A program made the position numbers and the translations under genes. This document shows, in pieces, positions 30,929 through 44,510 of a stretch of DNA of 64,000 nt. Source of the DNA: Basidiobolus ranarum (lineage: Eukaryota); the NCBI GenBank assembly GCA_040143965.1, contig JASJQH010006877.1, positions 1-64,000 on the forward strand. The letters run 5' to 3'. The number at the start of each line of letters is the position of its first letter. Positions within the stretch are counted from its first letter, which is position 1. The notes beneath the pieces were generated by a model, which made no database searches, had not been told where the DNA came from, and saw only the letters and a program-made list of their open reading frames with translations.

Positions 30929-33900
30929 AGTATTGTATGTCAAAGAAAAGCAAGAAGACTTGTTTTTGCGAGTGCGGATATACCAGATCTTAAAAAATAT
31001 TTACAAAGCAATAGAATGATGCAATAGTGTTAAACAGCGTCTGATGATTAGACCATCACAATCACACTAGCTCGATCAACAACCTCTCTTACATTTCAGA
31101 TTGAGTCAATTTAGAAGATAATCAGCTCTTTTTATTATGGACCGATAACGAGAAATGGACTGTTTAACTCCAAATCACATTCAAATCATCTTTCACATCC
31201 AAATCACCTCATTGATCAGTACAGGAAATAATCATGCTTCACAAGGCTGTAAAAGGTCAATCGATTAGAAGCAAATGGTTAATCAGACCGACATCTCTTT
31301 TCCAAAACCACTCAAAATGCGTCATACAGAAATCGAGTTTTCGATGGTCTAGACCGTTCGCAAGATAATGTCGCCTCCCCATTGTGGATCGCGATATTAC
31401 AGAGCGTATTTGAGCTAACGTCAAGTCTATGGGAAGTAGCGAACATATATACCTCCAGGAGAAAGTACACCGAAAGCACACTGAAAATATACGCTGCTAA
31501 TTAGCTTGATGGACTATCAATGGTGTGTGAGGGGCAATTTGTCATAATCTGTCTGATTGAGAATACACAGAGAAAATACTTGCCTTACCAAATTAAGTGA
31601 TAACAAATAAAAACCTTTGCCTGATCCACATTCTGGGGATAATCTATCCTTGCAATGTCATACAAGCTCAATTCACTAGTGTTCTTTGATTGCTTTTGAG
31701 TAGCAAATACATAATACTAATTTACCCTTTTTGTCAGTTGATGACAAGGGGCTATCGCGATTAATCTTGGAATTAATGGTTACTTCGAGCGAGAGAGCGT
31801 AATCGTAACTACCGTATAAACTTGGCTCACATGATACTTGCTATGGAAGGTAAACATTACACGAATCGTGTAACTCAAGACTATCTCTGTCAAGATTATC
31901 AAGACCACGCAGCGCAGGGCTCAATAAAAATAGTTAATGATCACCAAATCAAAAGAGGACGTTAAACGATACATAGCATCCCCATTGAGCAGCGTGAGTA
32001 CTTTTGCTGTTATTACTGGCAAATTGGAGATACTTTACTGAAGAGGAAATGGACATTGCAGCGGCTGCACTGATCTTATCTTGAATAGCACACAGTTCAA
32101 TCACTAGATAACATATACTTACAACATTGGTGAGCTATGGAGTCAGAGATTTGCCTGTAGACAAGTTGCGCACATGAATCTGAAAAATCCCATCCAATCT
32201 CCGCAAGTCAATCAAAGTGATAACACATTGAAAACCTGTCATATGAGTATTGTGGCAGTAGGACAGTTATCTATGCGGGATTCAATGGTATCAGTGATGA
32301 GCTTATCTACAACATGGAGATGATCCTAGTATCCGCAAGCTTATTCGTAAGCAGTACATGGCCAATGTTTCATTAAAACAGTCTTGAATGTCCCTAACGT
32401 ACGGTGGATAATCCCTCACGGCGCGCCATCCGGACTATCTCAGTATGTGTGATCAGCAGGTCTGTTGAGGCGAGCTATTAATAATGTGCTTCACAGAATC
32501 CGAAATAAAGAGCACCAAGCTGGAAACGGAAATTGTCTCACATCCAGAACGTACTTGTCTTAGAAGATTCAGACTCTTGCTGGATATTGACAAGGTAGTT
32601 TTTGTGTACTGAGCAAATAGTCTTCGACCAATCATACCTGCAAAGCAAACACGGTGGTGAATCAAGAACATTCGGTCAATAGGAATTTCGCAGCTCCTAT
32701 TTGTCAGTGGTCCAAGATATCAAATCTCTTCCTTTGAACGATCCCCATTTGCTTTTTAAGTAATGAAAAATTGACACCGCCTAATATTCCTTCTTTTGGA
32801 AATATCATATATCTCCGCAGACCAATGATGTTGACTATTGCTAAGAGAAGCTTAATATGATGTATCCATGTTTCATGACCGATCCCATCGGAAGATAATC
32901 TCAAATGTTGATAACTTGGCTGCAGTCGCCTTCTTTGAAACTGATTGAGGATACCTCGGGCTCTATTGCGTAATGGGTTGAGAGGATTCATATTAAGCTA
33001 CAGCCAATATCATTTGACTCTCTGATTACTCCGTTAACATGATTCTCTTTCTTGGGTTGCATATCGTAGCCAGTGACGTTAATCACCCAGATGGTCAAAT
33101 GACTAGAAATTAGTCAGCTTACTAAAATTCCAATCTCCAAAACGTTTCTCACTGGTATCACCTTTTACTCCGAGGGTATTTCACCGCCTAGTACACTATA
33201 GGCAACTTTGCCAGAACTTGAACGTCAGATATCTACGATTCGCTTTCGTATTCGCTTTCGTACTGAGAACATCTTAGGTGATAGTGGTACAGTCTAGATT
33301 AGGTTTTGTTACTGATAGCTCAACAAGATTACTTATCTTTCACACGTACTCTAGAGCTATTACACCTCCAAACCTGCTTAGGCTACAGCCAACTACACAT
33401 ATCTTATGCGAGTACCCGGCTGATTATGCTGAGTAGTATACCCTAGTAATGTAGGTATATAGTAATTAACATTTCTTAGATAGTTTTGATCATTGTAATT
33501 GGGAGACACTTGTGGGACCGGCAGGTATTTCTAGAAAAAGGAAGTAGCAGTTTCTAAATAGAAAGTCCAATGTGACCAGGTTGTATCTATATTGTATTTA
33601 CTAATCACTTGAGCCAATCATTCTCGATTTCAATGTCACAAGTCTAATGTTGTCTCTGGTCACCTTCAATACTCTGCTGACCCATTCCTAACATTATCGT
33701 CAACCAGATACCGTATCAATATAGAAGAGATGTGTCTGATTATAAATGCTAAAGCTACTGCTAAATAACGATATAGTGGGGTATAGGGAAGTCAGATACT
33801 ATAGCTTACCTACGCTCTGTCCTTACTCCTACCCAGGATATGCCAGCTTGACTGACACTTAGGAGTCGGGTTAATATTGTTGCCATCACATAATCACTCC

Positions 33901-34555
33901 TGGTGCCGATTTCCCTTTACTTCATACATGTTGACAGCCTGGATAAATATTCCGTTCCGCATATTTATGCGATTCTTGTGGTACAACAGTCAGATATATA
34001 TCAATGAATTTAGAAATTCTCTTTTCATTTTAAACATAATCAATCTCAGTTGTCCAATGATCTGATGGGCCGTTCAAACCGATTATCAACTGATGTTAAA
34101 CATGTCAATTCCAGTCCTTATACGGATCCTTCATGATCTCATTACTTGACGAACCGGACAAACTCTATAATATTTTGTATTTAAACTCGCCCCTCCACTA
34201 AGGTTGCCCTTCATCTCAGTCTGCTTGTTCATCCATTATTTAGCCATCAGTCTCTATCTTTCCAACATCTCACTATCTACGTGACTTTTTATCATTTCCA
34301 CGGACGACCCTATATTTCTGATAGCTCTGGAGCTGTCCTGTTGAGATCTTTGTCTCTAAAGTAACTGTTGATAACGGCATCTATCGAGCTTTCAACTGAA
34401 ATTCTTGAACCTCCCAACATTCGATGAATCGGAGGCCTATTCTTTCTACATATTCACAACCAGTCACACCGAATCATCTGCTGCCATATCGAGGATCCCC
34501 CTAAGATTTACTCCTACTAGAATCTTACAACATTTTTGCGACAGTGTGAATCAAC

Positions 34556-35801
34556 ATGAGTTTAACTGTTACTCCAGCCGCAGATAATAGTACTAACTTG
34601 AAGACCATCGATGTTGAAATGGAGACATCAGCTTCCCTTGAAGATGGTAAATCCTCACTTTCATGCGCCAATTGTAGTACAAATACTACTCCACTTTGGC
34701 GGAGAGATGAGGTTGGAGCCACGATTTGTAACGCTTGTGGTAAGCCTTTGCTTTGTATATCTTGATGCTACAACAATCGTGAACTAAAAGCAGCACTGTT
34801 GGTTTTTAGGCCTGTATTTTAAATTACACGGTGTACATCGTCCTGTCAGCATGAAGAGAAGTGTCATTAAGCGTCGTAAACGTGCCTCTCGTAGTACTCA
34901 ACGTTCGGACGAGCGTCATACTAGTAATATTAATGACCCGATTAAGCGCAATCAGACCTGTGGATCATCAACACCTGCGCCAGGAACTCTTAGCAATGGT
35001 GTCTCTCGTTTAGTTACATTTAAGCATCAGGGATCATCGAAAGAGTCTAATCTACCTCACACTCCTCTTGATTCCGAAATTTCTCTATTTCCTAGGGATA
35101 TGCATAGCTCGCATGCCACCAGTGAAAAGCATTCCTTTTCTTTTAGTCCTGGGAAACCCGAGAAGCATCGCCGAATTTCTGAGAGTCAAGTTAATATAAA
35201 ACCTTGGTCAACATCCCCTCTTCCTGAACGCGTTCAACCTTCTCCTGTATTTTCTTCATATTCTCGTTCTTCATCCACACAAGCTTCATCCGTCAGAGAT
35301 TCTCACTCCATGTCACCTCAGAGGTTAAACGATGATGATAGTATATACATGCCACCTATAATAGAATCTAAACCGGTAGAGCGTCATTTTTCCTTACCTT
35401 CAATTAATATTGCACCAGGTAACATAATGGGCCATCAAAACAACCGTCCTTTACCTGATCTATTGCCATCGATATCTGATCTTAACCCATCAATATCGTT
35501 GAATTCTCAGCTCTTCGATGGGTCGAAGTTCTACAATGGAAATATCCGTTTAAACGTTTATTGTGACGAGTCACCACTGAAGTCACCTTCAAATCATTCG
35601 ACCGCTTTCACTAATCCAGTTTCAGCATTTTTGCCACACAATCCTACCAAGTTAACTGCCTATCACCTGCATAGCGGGCATTCTCCGAAAGCGATGAAAC
35701 TTTTTTCGGATCCGATTTTACATTCACTAGCATCTATGAGACCAGAAACCAGTAAAATGGAAAGCACCAACTTATTAGCACCCATTCAAAATTTATTCTG
35801 A
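34556..35801 (+). CDS. GATA zinc-finger transcription factor (single C-x2-C-x17-C-x2-C finger), 2 exons
   Basis: [50 protein letters not shown]; intron at about 34740-34810. Confidence 0.93.
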
Positions 35802-36565
35802 TTCATTCCATTTGTACATTCCTTTTGTTTCCTTCATTTCGTGAATTATGGTGGTTGCAATGATTCCTTTCTACTTCACTCTCTCCCTGACCGTCATCTC
35901 TTGCTCTGTGTGGTATTTGAAATGATTTCCTTATTTTTCTTGCTTTCTTTCATGTAACTTTACATTCCCGACTTTTTCTGGTGCTTTTTATTTGACAATA
36001 CAATTTATAGTGGCATTCAAGCAATCCACTGGTAGAATTTTAATCGATTCAATAAATTAGAATTTATGAATTACGGATTATGAACTAATCAACAATCACG
36101 AGATTGCATCATTACTAAACAAACGGTGTCATTGACTCACTTCCATTGAAAGGGGTATGGATGAATCGATTAATTAATGAAATCTATACCATAATCTCAT
36201 AGTAGCCAGTATTGATGTTTAGTAGGAATTTATTCAAGCGCAGAGTGTACAGTTCTTGAATAAATTTGGTTGGACTAAAATAAAATTTCATGGAATCATG
36301 AAAGATTCTATTCGAAATAACCTTGGGACTTGGTATATCTTTGAATATGTAAGGTTGTTGAAAATATCACTGTACAGGTGAATATGAAAGAACAAAGAGT
36401 AACATATGTGCCAGGTAACTCTACAATAATGAGGTTTACCATTTGTATGGGTGCGAAATGAATGAATAGTGTAATAAAGGATGAAAAATGCTACTTCACT
36501 AATGCCGATGTATGACTACTTCCAGAATATGAGGAAAGGGAAATGGACGGTTGATTCGAATGGTT

Positions 36566-37868
36566 TTAGGAGTATGATAAGGAATCGATAGAATTCATTT
36601 CCTCAATCAAGAGTAAAACTTGCTCATAGATCACAAACATCCCCCCTGATTGTAAAGCAGTCCAAAAGACACGAGGTCCAATACCACGAAACAATCCTTT
36701 TATACCCTCTTGACGGTAATTCCATATCAGACCATCCACAATTCCTGTGTAGTATTTGTGTGGTACCCCTTTCTTTGACTGCGTAGGAGTTTTGACTTGA
36801 GTTTGAAGTAAGGTTTTCATCACATCTAACGGGGTAGTTATGGCACCAGCGGCACCACCAGCTAATGCACCAATTCCAATCTCAATCGGTAAAGAGAGTG
36901 GCTTGCTTTTGTTGGAGCGACCATCTAAGGATACTTTTTTAAGTTTTTCATAGAAAGCAAATTGTAGTGCAGAGAATGGAACATCTCGAAGAATAGTTGC
37001 CCTAAATCCATTATAAAGTGCTCTAAATCCATCATATTTAACAATCATTCGCAAGGCGTGTAGGGAGTTCTTATAATTGTATCCACTGGTGAAATTTGGG
37101 TTATTATATCTTCCTTGAAGCTGCATTCTTGTTTTTAAAACCTATATCATCAAGTCCTCATTAGTCATGCATTCTAAAAAATTTATATCGCAGTAACAGC
37201 GTCGCTTTACCTCAGATGGAACATAGATCACTGACGCGGCCAAGTCACCAATAGCCCCTAAGAATACAAGTTATCAGATAAATGTTTCGAAGAAAACTTC
37301 GTTATAAACATACCCGCTGCTAAATGACAGACACTATCAGGAATTCCTTTTTCTATACAGGTTCGTTTGACAAATTCGTAGGTTCCAAAGTAGATAGTTG
37401 TACCAGGGACTAAGAAAATAGGTCAGGAGAATTCTCAAATATGAACCAGTGGGACATTTCAACTTACTTGAGCCAGTCATTGCCGGTCCGATTCCACTAT
37501 AAAGTCCACGAGTAACACCCTCTTCACGTAAGATTGTTCGATATGCGTGAAACATATTTTCGTATTTTGGTGGAAATGGTTGACCTTGAAGTCTTGTTTT
37601 CACAGTATCAACGCTAATATGATCGAGATTAAAAAAATGAAGTAGTATTACTAAAAAGACACGGAAACTTACCTGTGCATGATGAAATCTGCGATGCTTC
37701 CACCCAAACCACCAGCTATTAGTACCTTTTAGAAATTAGTAAAGGTAACAAAGTATAAACAGGTAAGATATATGAAATACTCACATGTAGATAAGGCGGA
37801 TCAACGCTTTGTCCGTTTACACTATTAGTCATAGCTAATGGTTCTGGTACTGTAGATATCTCTGGCAT
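36566..37868 (-). CDS. MME1: Mitochondrial carrier family protein, Mme1-like (Mg2+ exporter)
   Basis: [52 protein letters not shown] and TTPLDVMKT match the Mme1/YMR166C pattern. Confidence 0.82.
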
Positions 37869-38632
37869 GATAAATATAAACGTACAGAAGATTTATAATA
37901 GACCCAATATGAAGTCGGTTTTCGTTGGTTAAGGGGGGGAAGATGCAACTAGAAAGAACAAGGATTTAACGAATATAAAATAGAGCTTTTGCCTGAGTTC
38001 TCGTAAAAAATGGAACTTAAAAACAGTTATCTTACAGGGAAAAATTAAAAGAAAATCCAAATTAAATCTTGCGGTTATATCTAAAAAGGTTCAGTTTGAG
38101 ATAAAAATGATTTCGTCGTTCTAGCAACCGTTTATACCCGCTTCTCAGACAAGTTAACGCCTTTACTACATTTATCAACTCGGTGAAGAAAATGGTAGCA
38201 CCGGGGCCAAAATTTTCATCAGATAATTTCATCATGTATATCGATGGTTTATTTTGGCTTAACTGAATATACCCGAGGTGGATGAGAAAAAAACTACGAT
38301 AGCAGTCCATATAAACCTCATTATATTTCCTCATTCGTCTGTGGCCTTGATGTTAGTGTCATTATGAGCATTCAGGGTGGCACACGTGAAGCTCCATTCT
38401 ATATTGCGGAATATAATGTAATATCGCAATACCTTGATTAACAAAAAAGTCTAGCGAGTTTCCATTCAGGGATCATATGAATCGGATTAAATTAGAGAGT
38501 ATTATATCATCATAAGCTTTGTTGGACACACTTCAAGATCCCTTTATTATCAACATTGAAACATCAAACATGAACTAAGAGAAAGTAAGCTCTGTATTTA
38601 CAGCAGTTTTTCAATATATATGAAAGCGGGAT

Positions 38633-39295
38633 TTAGATTTTAACTGGTTTGATATCTTTTCTAAATGCTTCTATCAGAGTTACGGGTAATTTAGCATATT
38701 TTGGGAAGCCAGGGTAGTCACCTTCTGGGAAAAGAACTCCCTTGACTAAGGCGGGGTAATCACCAGGTCTGAAGTAGGTTTGGGCTACTTTGTATCCTTT
38801 TTCATCTCCATGTTTAGCCTTGATGTTGACTAATGTTCCTGCAGCTAACCAGATACGTCTGCGTACATCCTCGTCAGGGAGACAGTGGGTTGGAAACTCC
38901 TGTAAATATTCCTCCTCCATAGTAGCAAAGTTAGGTGTGTGGAGTGTAGTAACATACTTATTTGATTGAGTTAAAGGAAGGGCCATGGCGAAAACAGAAA
39001 GTTTGGGATCCTTTGGGCATCCCGATGTTCTATCAACTAGGTCTTCAATCTCCTCTGATGGAATCTCTTCACTGTGGAGATAGCTTTCACCAGTCCAAAC
39101 AGCGGAGCTCATAATACCTGACGTATTTTCTTGGGTAGGCATGACAACATCGGAGGCAAAATCGATGGCATCTCTGTGGTCAATATAAAATGCGTAGATC
39201 AAAGTGAATAGAACAATCACTGGAGCTATGGAATAGACAATATTCACATAACTGTTACCACTGGTGCGATGATGGGTCTTTACTGTAGCAGGCAT
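38633..39295 (-). CDS. Hypothetical single-pass (type II-like) membrane protein, intronless, 220 aa
   Basis: Clean ATG-to-TAA ORF with a hydrophobic segment IVYSIAPVIVLFTLIYAFYI; no family recognised. Confidence 0.7.
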   Translation of the reverse strand: MPATVKTHHRTSGNSYVNIVYSIAPVIVLFTLIYAFYIDHRDAIDFASDVVMPTQENTSGIMSSAVWTGESYLHSEEIPSEEIEDLVDRTSGCPKDPKLSVFAMALPLTQSNKYVTTLHTPNFATMEEEYLQEFPTHCLPDEDVRRRIWLAAGTLVNIKAKHGDEKGYKVAQTYFRPGDYPALVKGVLFPEGDYPGFPKYAKLPVTLIEAFRKDIKPVKI

Positions 39296-39777
39296 TGTAT
39301 GTTTACAAAAAAATAAGCAGAATTGATAACAACACTTCGACTCTAATCTGACAATTTATACCTATTCTATAATTTTCTGAAAGACACGTCACATTCAACC
39401 TAAAACTGATTTCGCCTCACTTGGTGCCGTAATTCATACGTTATGTTTTTCTTAAGGTGTCCATTTAATATCCCAACTAATATTCGAACAACAATGACGT
39501 ATATCATGACTCCAAATTAAGTTACTCATTTGTTGACGTAGGGTATCTAACTGATATATTGCTGGTTTATTGACATTGGAATACTAGGCAGCCATAAAGA
39601 GCAGGAGGCCAGCAATCATACTGTAATGTACATAGATATTTTGGCCGCTATCGTCATAAAAAATATGCGCTTATAACATGCAGATGAGTAAAGTCAAACT
39701 ATCGTTTCTTTATGCATAGGAAGCTCTCAATCAAGAGGCTTTGCCAATTTACTCTAATATCTAGAAACACTCAATAT

Positions 39778-42700
39778 TTAATAAGGATGTGCAGGTGTCC
39801 AATCCTTCAAAGAAGGTGGACATATTTCCCTGGCCTTTCGTAGCTCCATTTCCCCAATCTATATTAAAGCAAGGTTTAAGTACGTACTATATATCAAATA
39901 ATAATAATACGTTGATTAGTGGATTACTTCAGTTGCGTCGACATCATGTCTGATACAAATGAGTGCTGCTTCGCGGCATAAATTCTGTAGATCCGCGGCT
40001 ATATGTTTGCAAAATTAGCGACGGTTTCTCAGATGGTAGAGGGTTTATCTTACCTGAAAATCCTTCAGTATCTTTACATAGTTCATCAAAATACTCGTTG
40101 CTTATTTTGATAGGCATCTGACTTGAAAATCCGGAAAGTATCTTCTCCCGCTGTGAGAGATTAGGCGGGCCAATATAGATGTGTTGGTCTAACCGGCCAG
40201 GGCGAAGAATGGCCGGATCTAGTGCATTGGGGCGATTGGTTGCTTGAGAGAGATGCAAAACTATCAGAAAAATGGATTAAAGATGTGATTGTAATAGAGG
40301 GAATACGATACCCGCTATGATCAAAATATCGGTAGTGGATTTGCTAAAAAACCCGTCCATTTCTTTACAAGTTCACCATGTTAATAAAACTACTTCCACA
40401 CAGAATTGACAATTAGGACTGATTCATATTTACCGGTCAATAAACTAGTAACTATTCGGTCTCCACTATTTTCGGATGTAAAAGTAGTTCCCCTGGTCGT
40501 GGCTAAAATATCAATCTATTTCCAGAAATACTTAGTGTTGATTCCGACCATTGTCATAGTTCAATTTTACCTGGTCAATAAATAGAATACATGGCGCGTT
40601 TGCTTTGGCACTGGCAAACATTTTTGCGATGTTCTTCTCAGATTCACCCACGATCATAGACCTAACTTGTGAACTCTAGCAAAATAAAATGCTCAGAACC
40701 CTCTCTTCTGTTCGTGAAGCACCTAGCAAAAATTACCTCAACCAAAATGAAATTTAGCCCTGTTTCAGCTGCTAATGCTGAGCACAACATGGTCTTTCCA
40801 ACACCAGGTGGTCCATAAACCAGCACTCCTCTGGGTGGCGTGATTCCTAGTTTATCAAAATCCTCTGGCTCGTGGAATGGAGAAATCACGGAGGCCTATT
40901 GTACCTGGGTTAGTAACAGGTGCGGAAGAAAGTGCATATGCATATACCACAATATTACCTTGAGATCAGTAATGATATCGTCCATCCCGAATATATCACT
41001 AAATCGGATATCGGGTGTCTAAGGAGGTAGTTCATTTAGAATGATCACAGTAGTGTGTATTTGAGGATAAACATAGACTACCTTGGTTTGAAATTCTCCA
41101 AGATTGGAAGGGTGGATCGTCTTCAGCGCTTCTAAAAATTGATTTAACGTGATTGTAGGCTATTTCATTGTTATTGGCTGAAATAGAATAAGAAGACATG
41201 AAATCAAACGTTGTACCAATTCATCTTCTTTGTTGCGCTGCTTAATGCTTGCAATCATAACATGTGTACATAGCGCACGCAAATCGGAAGGGACAAAGCC
41301 GTGGGTGATCTTACTAACACCCTCTATGATTTCATCTCGATTCTCTCCAAGTGGTAGGTCTAGCGATGTGGAATAAGCATAGGCCATATTACTGAAGTAA
41401 AAGAGGGAGAGGTGCGTACCTTTTGTGATCAGCCTTAAGACACGTTCACGTTGCTCCCACCGCGTATAGTTCAGCTCATAGAGGCAATCAAGTCTACCAG
41501 ATCTCATAAGACTAATGCTGATAGCATGAAGTCGGTTTGTAATGCCTGTACTCACAAAGAGCGTTAGTTCAAGTTCAACATCGGCATCTGCTTCACTTAC
41601 CAATAACGAACAGGTTTCGAGTAACACCGATCGAATCTATCATTCCAATTAATTTCGAAAAAAGTCGGCCTTCAACATCTGGATAATGATAGAGAGCATT
41701 AGACAGTTGTTTTTTCATCTCGTGTCCTAGAACTTACTGGTGGATTTCTTGAATTTGGGACTGGTGATGGTATCCAGTTCATCTAAAACCACAATGCCAA
41801 ACTTCGAATTGGAGATCTCATCGAATAAGCTTTCCAAGTATTTTTCACTTGACCCCTCCTCTAAGGAAATCATTAGAAAAGAAATAAAAAGTCGTAAGGT
41901 ATATTCTAATTACCGCTTTGGAACAACTCAGGACAACTAATAAAAATCGAAGGGAGTTTCGCTGAGTCTGTTCAATAAAAAATTGATCTTTAACATCATA
42001 AAAGTGATAACCGGTATTTTCTGCTTCTCCATTACCAATTATTGCTTGGGCTAGTGCGGTTTTGCCGGTACCAGGTTTCCCGGCTATAATCAGACCTTTT
42101 GATACTCTTTTAGACTCGATGTTTGTGTAAGAGTTTGTTATTAGCTTTACGACTTGTTCAACCGTATCTTCCAAGCCGCCAATGCTTTTTTGAATTTGAT
42201 CAATCCAATTATTAACGGATAAGATGTCACTTTCGTCTTTATCCTCTGCGATAGTACTATGATATAGCTGGGATAGTTCAATATTTGTCTTTTCAGATAT
42301 TGTTGCGAGTGTGTGGTTATCTGTTGGGCTATCGACTTGAATGTCCATAACTTGGCAATACTGTGTTCCATTGTAGTATGGAATTGGCACATATCCGCCT
42401 ACATATACCATGCTACCATATATTACCTCTTTGATTAAGTCAATCTGACATTCTGGAGGAGCAGGGAAGGTTGAATTGTCAGGAACGAAAGTCATTTCGG
42501 CTTCTGAATATCTTATAGGAGCAAGTAGTACAGAAGCTGCGCTCGGGAAAGGTCCTTTCTACAGAGTGAAACATTCATAAGAAATGAACAGTTAATCTTA
42601 GTCACTTGTTTACATAAAACTCCGAAAATTACTTGTAAGGTCCACTCGATTTCGACCATGTCTTCATAAGCATTATATTGAACATGTTCGTTGTTTATAC

Positions 42701-43057
42701 AGATTTGTAATCCAAGTGATGCGGCTGCTAAAGAGGACACGAGCATTTCTTGATTACTCTTCAAGGTTATCTCGGGACATGATCTGAAGAGTAATGAAGA
42801 TCCATTATGTTCCTGACAAGTAACGTTTACAATTTTTTGATTCTTTAGATTCTTAATTTGTAGCCAGGTACCCAATCGAAGTTTATTTTTAGTGATAAAG
42901 CTCCTGGTAACCCATATCTGATTTTGCTTTACACTATTTTCACCTATGATGCATATGTTAATAAGTTGTATTATTCTTCATTTAAGATTCCAGTAGTAAG
43001 TTAAGAACCATTTTCTGTCTCGTCAAAACAAGAAACAATAAAGGCTTTGTTCACCAT
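39778..43057 (-). CDS. Double-ring AAA+ ATPase of the Cdc48/AFG2/SPATA5 type, many exons
   Basis: D1: [33 protein letters not shown]2: [61 protein letters not shown]. Confidence 0.88.
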
Positions 43058-43341
43058 GCCTTTTGTTCTATAAGGTCTATTGCGGGCCAAGTGTGCAGTT
43101 GATATTCACACTGTATGTTTTCGAATACTTGCAGCACGATTTAGGTTAATTTTCAGTTGAATTTCAAAAATTAGGATTGGTTTCGGTAATCTGGAAGTTA
43201 TATTCACTTTCACCAATGATTAAAATTTATTCGATCTCGGAGGCATACATTTGAGAGTTTTACATGAAGACTAGATTATCTGACGACAAGGAAATTTGAG
43301 AAACTTCGTGGCCCAACTTCCTCTTTGCTCTTTTAAAACAG

Positions 43342-44510
43342 ATGAGTAGTAATCTCGAAAGGTACAATTTCACTTATTTTCTCTTCTGACCAAGATCTTT
43401 TTATCTAAAGTATGAGTTTGTTGCCTTACTTTGCTTACCCGAAAATAGACAAGCCATGTATTTGGATCCAGGTAAACTCCACATCAACCATTATATATTT
43501 CACCAAGAGTGTTCTAATTAGAAACGATAGCCATCCGTGACTGGGTCTTGATCCCAATTATGATTGTGATGATTCTCGTTGGTGTCTTAAGACATCAAGT
43601 AACTCTTTTACTCTCTGGAGAACCAAAGAAGCCTGATGTCAAAGCTATTCGAGAAAGGTATTTTTGTGTGAAGTTCTTATCAACTATAGTTTCTACCAAT
43701 ATATCTTTTCTGAACAACGCTGCTCATCTAAAATAGTAAAGCTTTGATGCGTGGCGCGATACTTCGTAATTCTGCCAATTTCATCCCTCAACAAGCCTTC
43801 CTTACTCGTCGAACATTCCTTACCAGTGCCTACGAATCAGGTGCTTATTTGAAGAACCCTGGAGCCACGAGCTCAGGTACCCCAAATCCCATGGCTGACC
43901 CAGCTGGTATGGAGATGATGATGGACGGTATGAAAAAGAACATGGCCATGATCATTCCACAGACAGTTATCATGGGCTGGATTAATTACTTCTTTTCTGG
44001 ATTCGTCTTAGGTATGAGAATATTACTTAAATAGCATCCACTTCGAATTATTTGTGTTAAGCTGATAATCTTTATAGTTCGTATTCCCTTCCCTCTAACC
44101 CTAAGATTTAAAAGCATGTTACAAAGAGGAGTTGAGACAGCAGATATGGATGTCGTGTGGGTATCTTCACTATCATGGTACTTTCTCAATCTGTTCGGTC
44201 TTCGTGGAATTTATACACTTATTCTTGGAGAAGATAATGGTAACTTACAATCCACTGGGTTACACTGTATTCATAGTACTTATCAATTACGTTGAAACTA
44301 GCTGCTGACGGTATGAAAGATATGCAAGCAATGGGTGGTATGAATATGACACCCACTGGACAGCCACAAGATTTCAACAAGCTTTACTTGGCAGAAAAAG
44401 AGAATCTCGAATTGATTCAACATGATTGGAATCTTGAAGATGTCGAGGATAGAGTGTTAAAGAAGTATGGTAGACCAAGCAAGATAGTTGTTCAACCCAA
44501 GAAAATTTAA
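43342..44510 (+). CDS. EMC3: ER membrane protein complex subunit 3
   Basis: [79 protein letters not shown]. Confidence 0.96.

Noticed and set aside
40246-40311. Intron with a GTATCG donor, considered as a U12-type intron
   Set aside because: Does not match the strict GTATCCTT donor; no convincing U12 intron was found in the introns I read.
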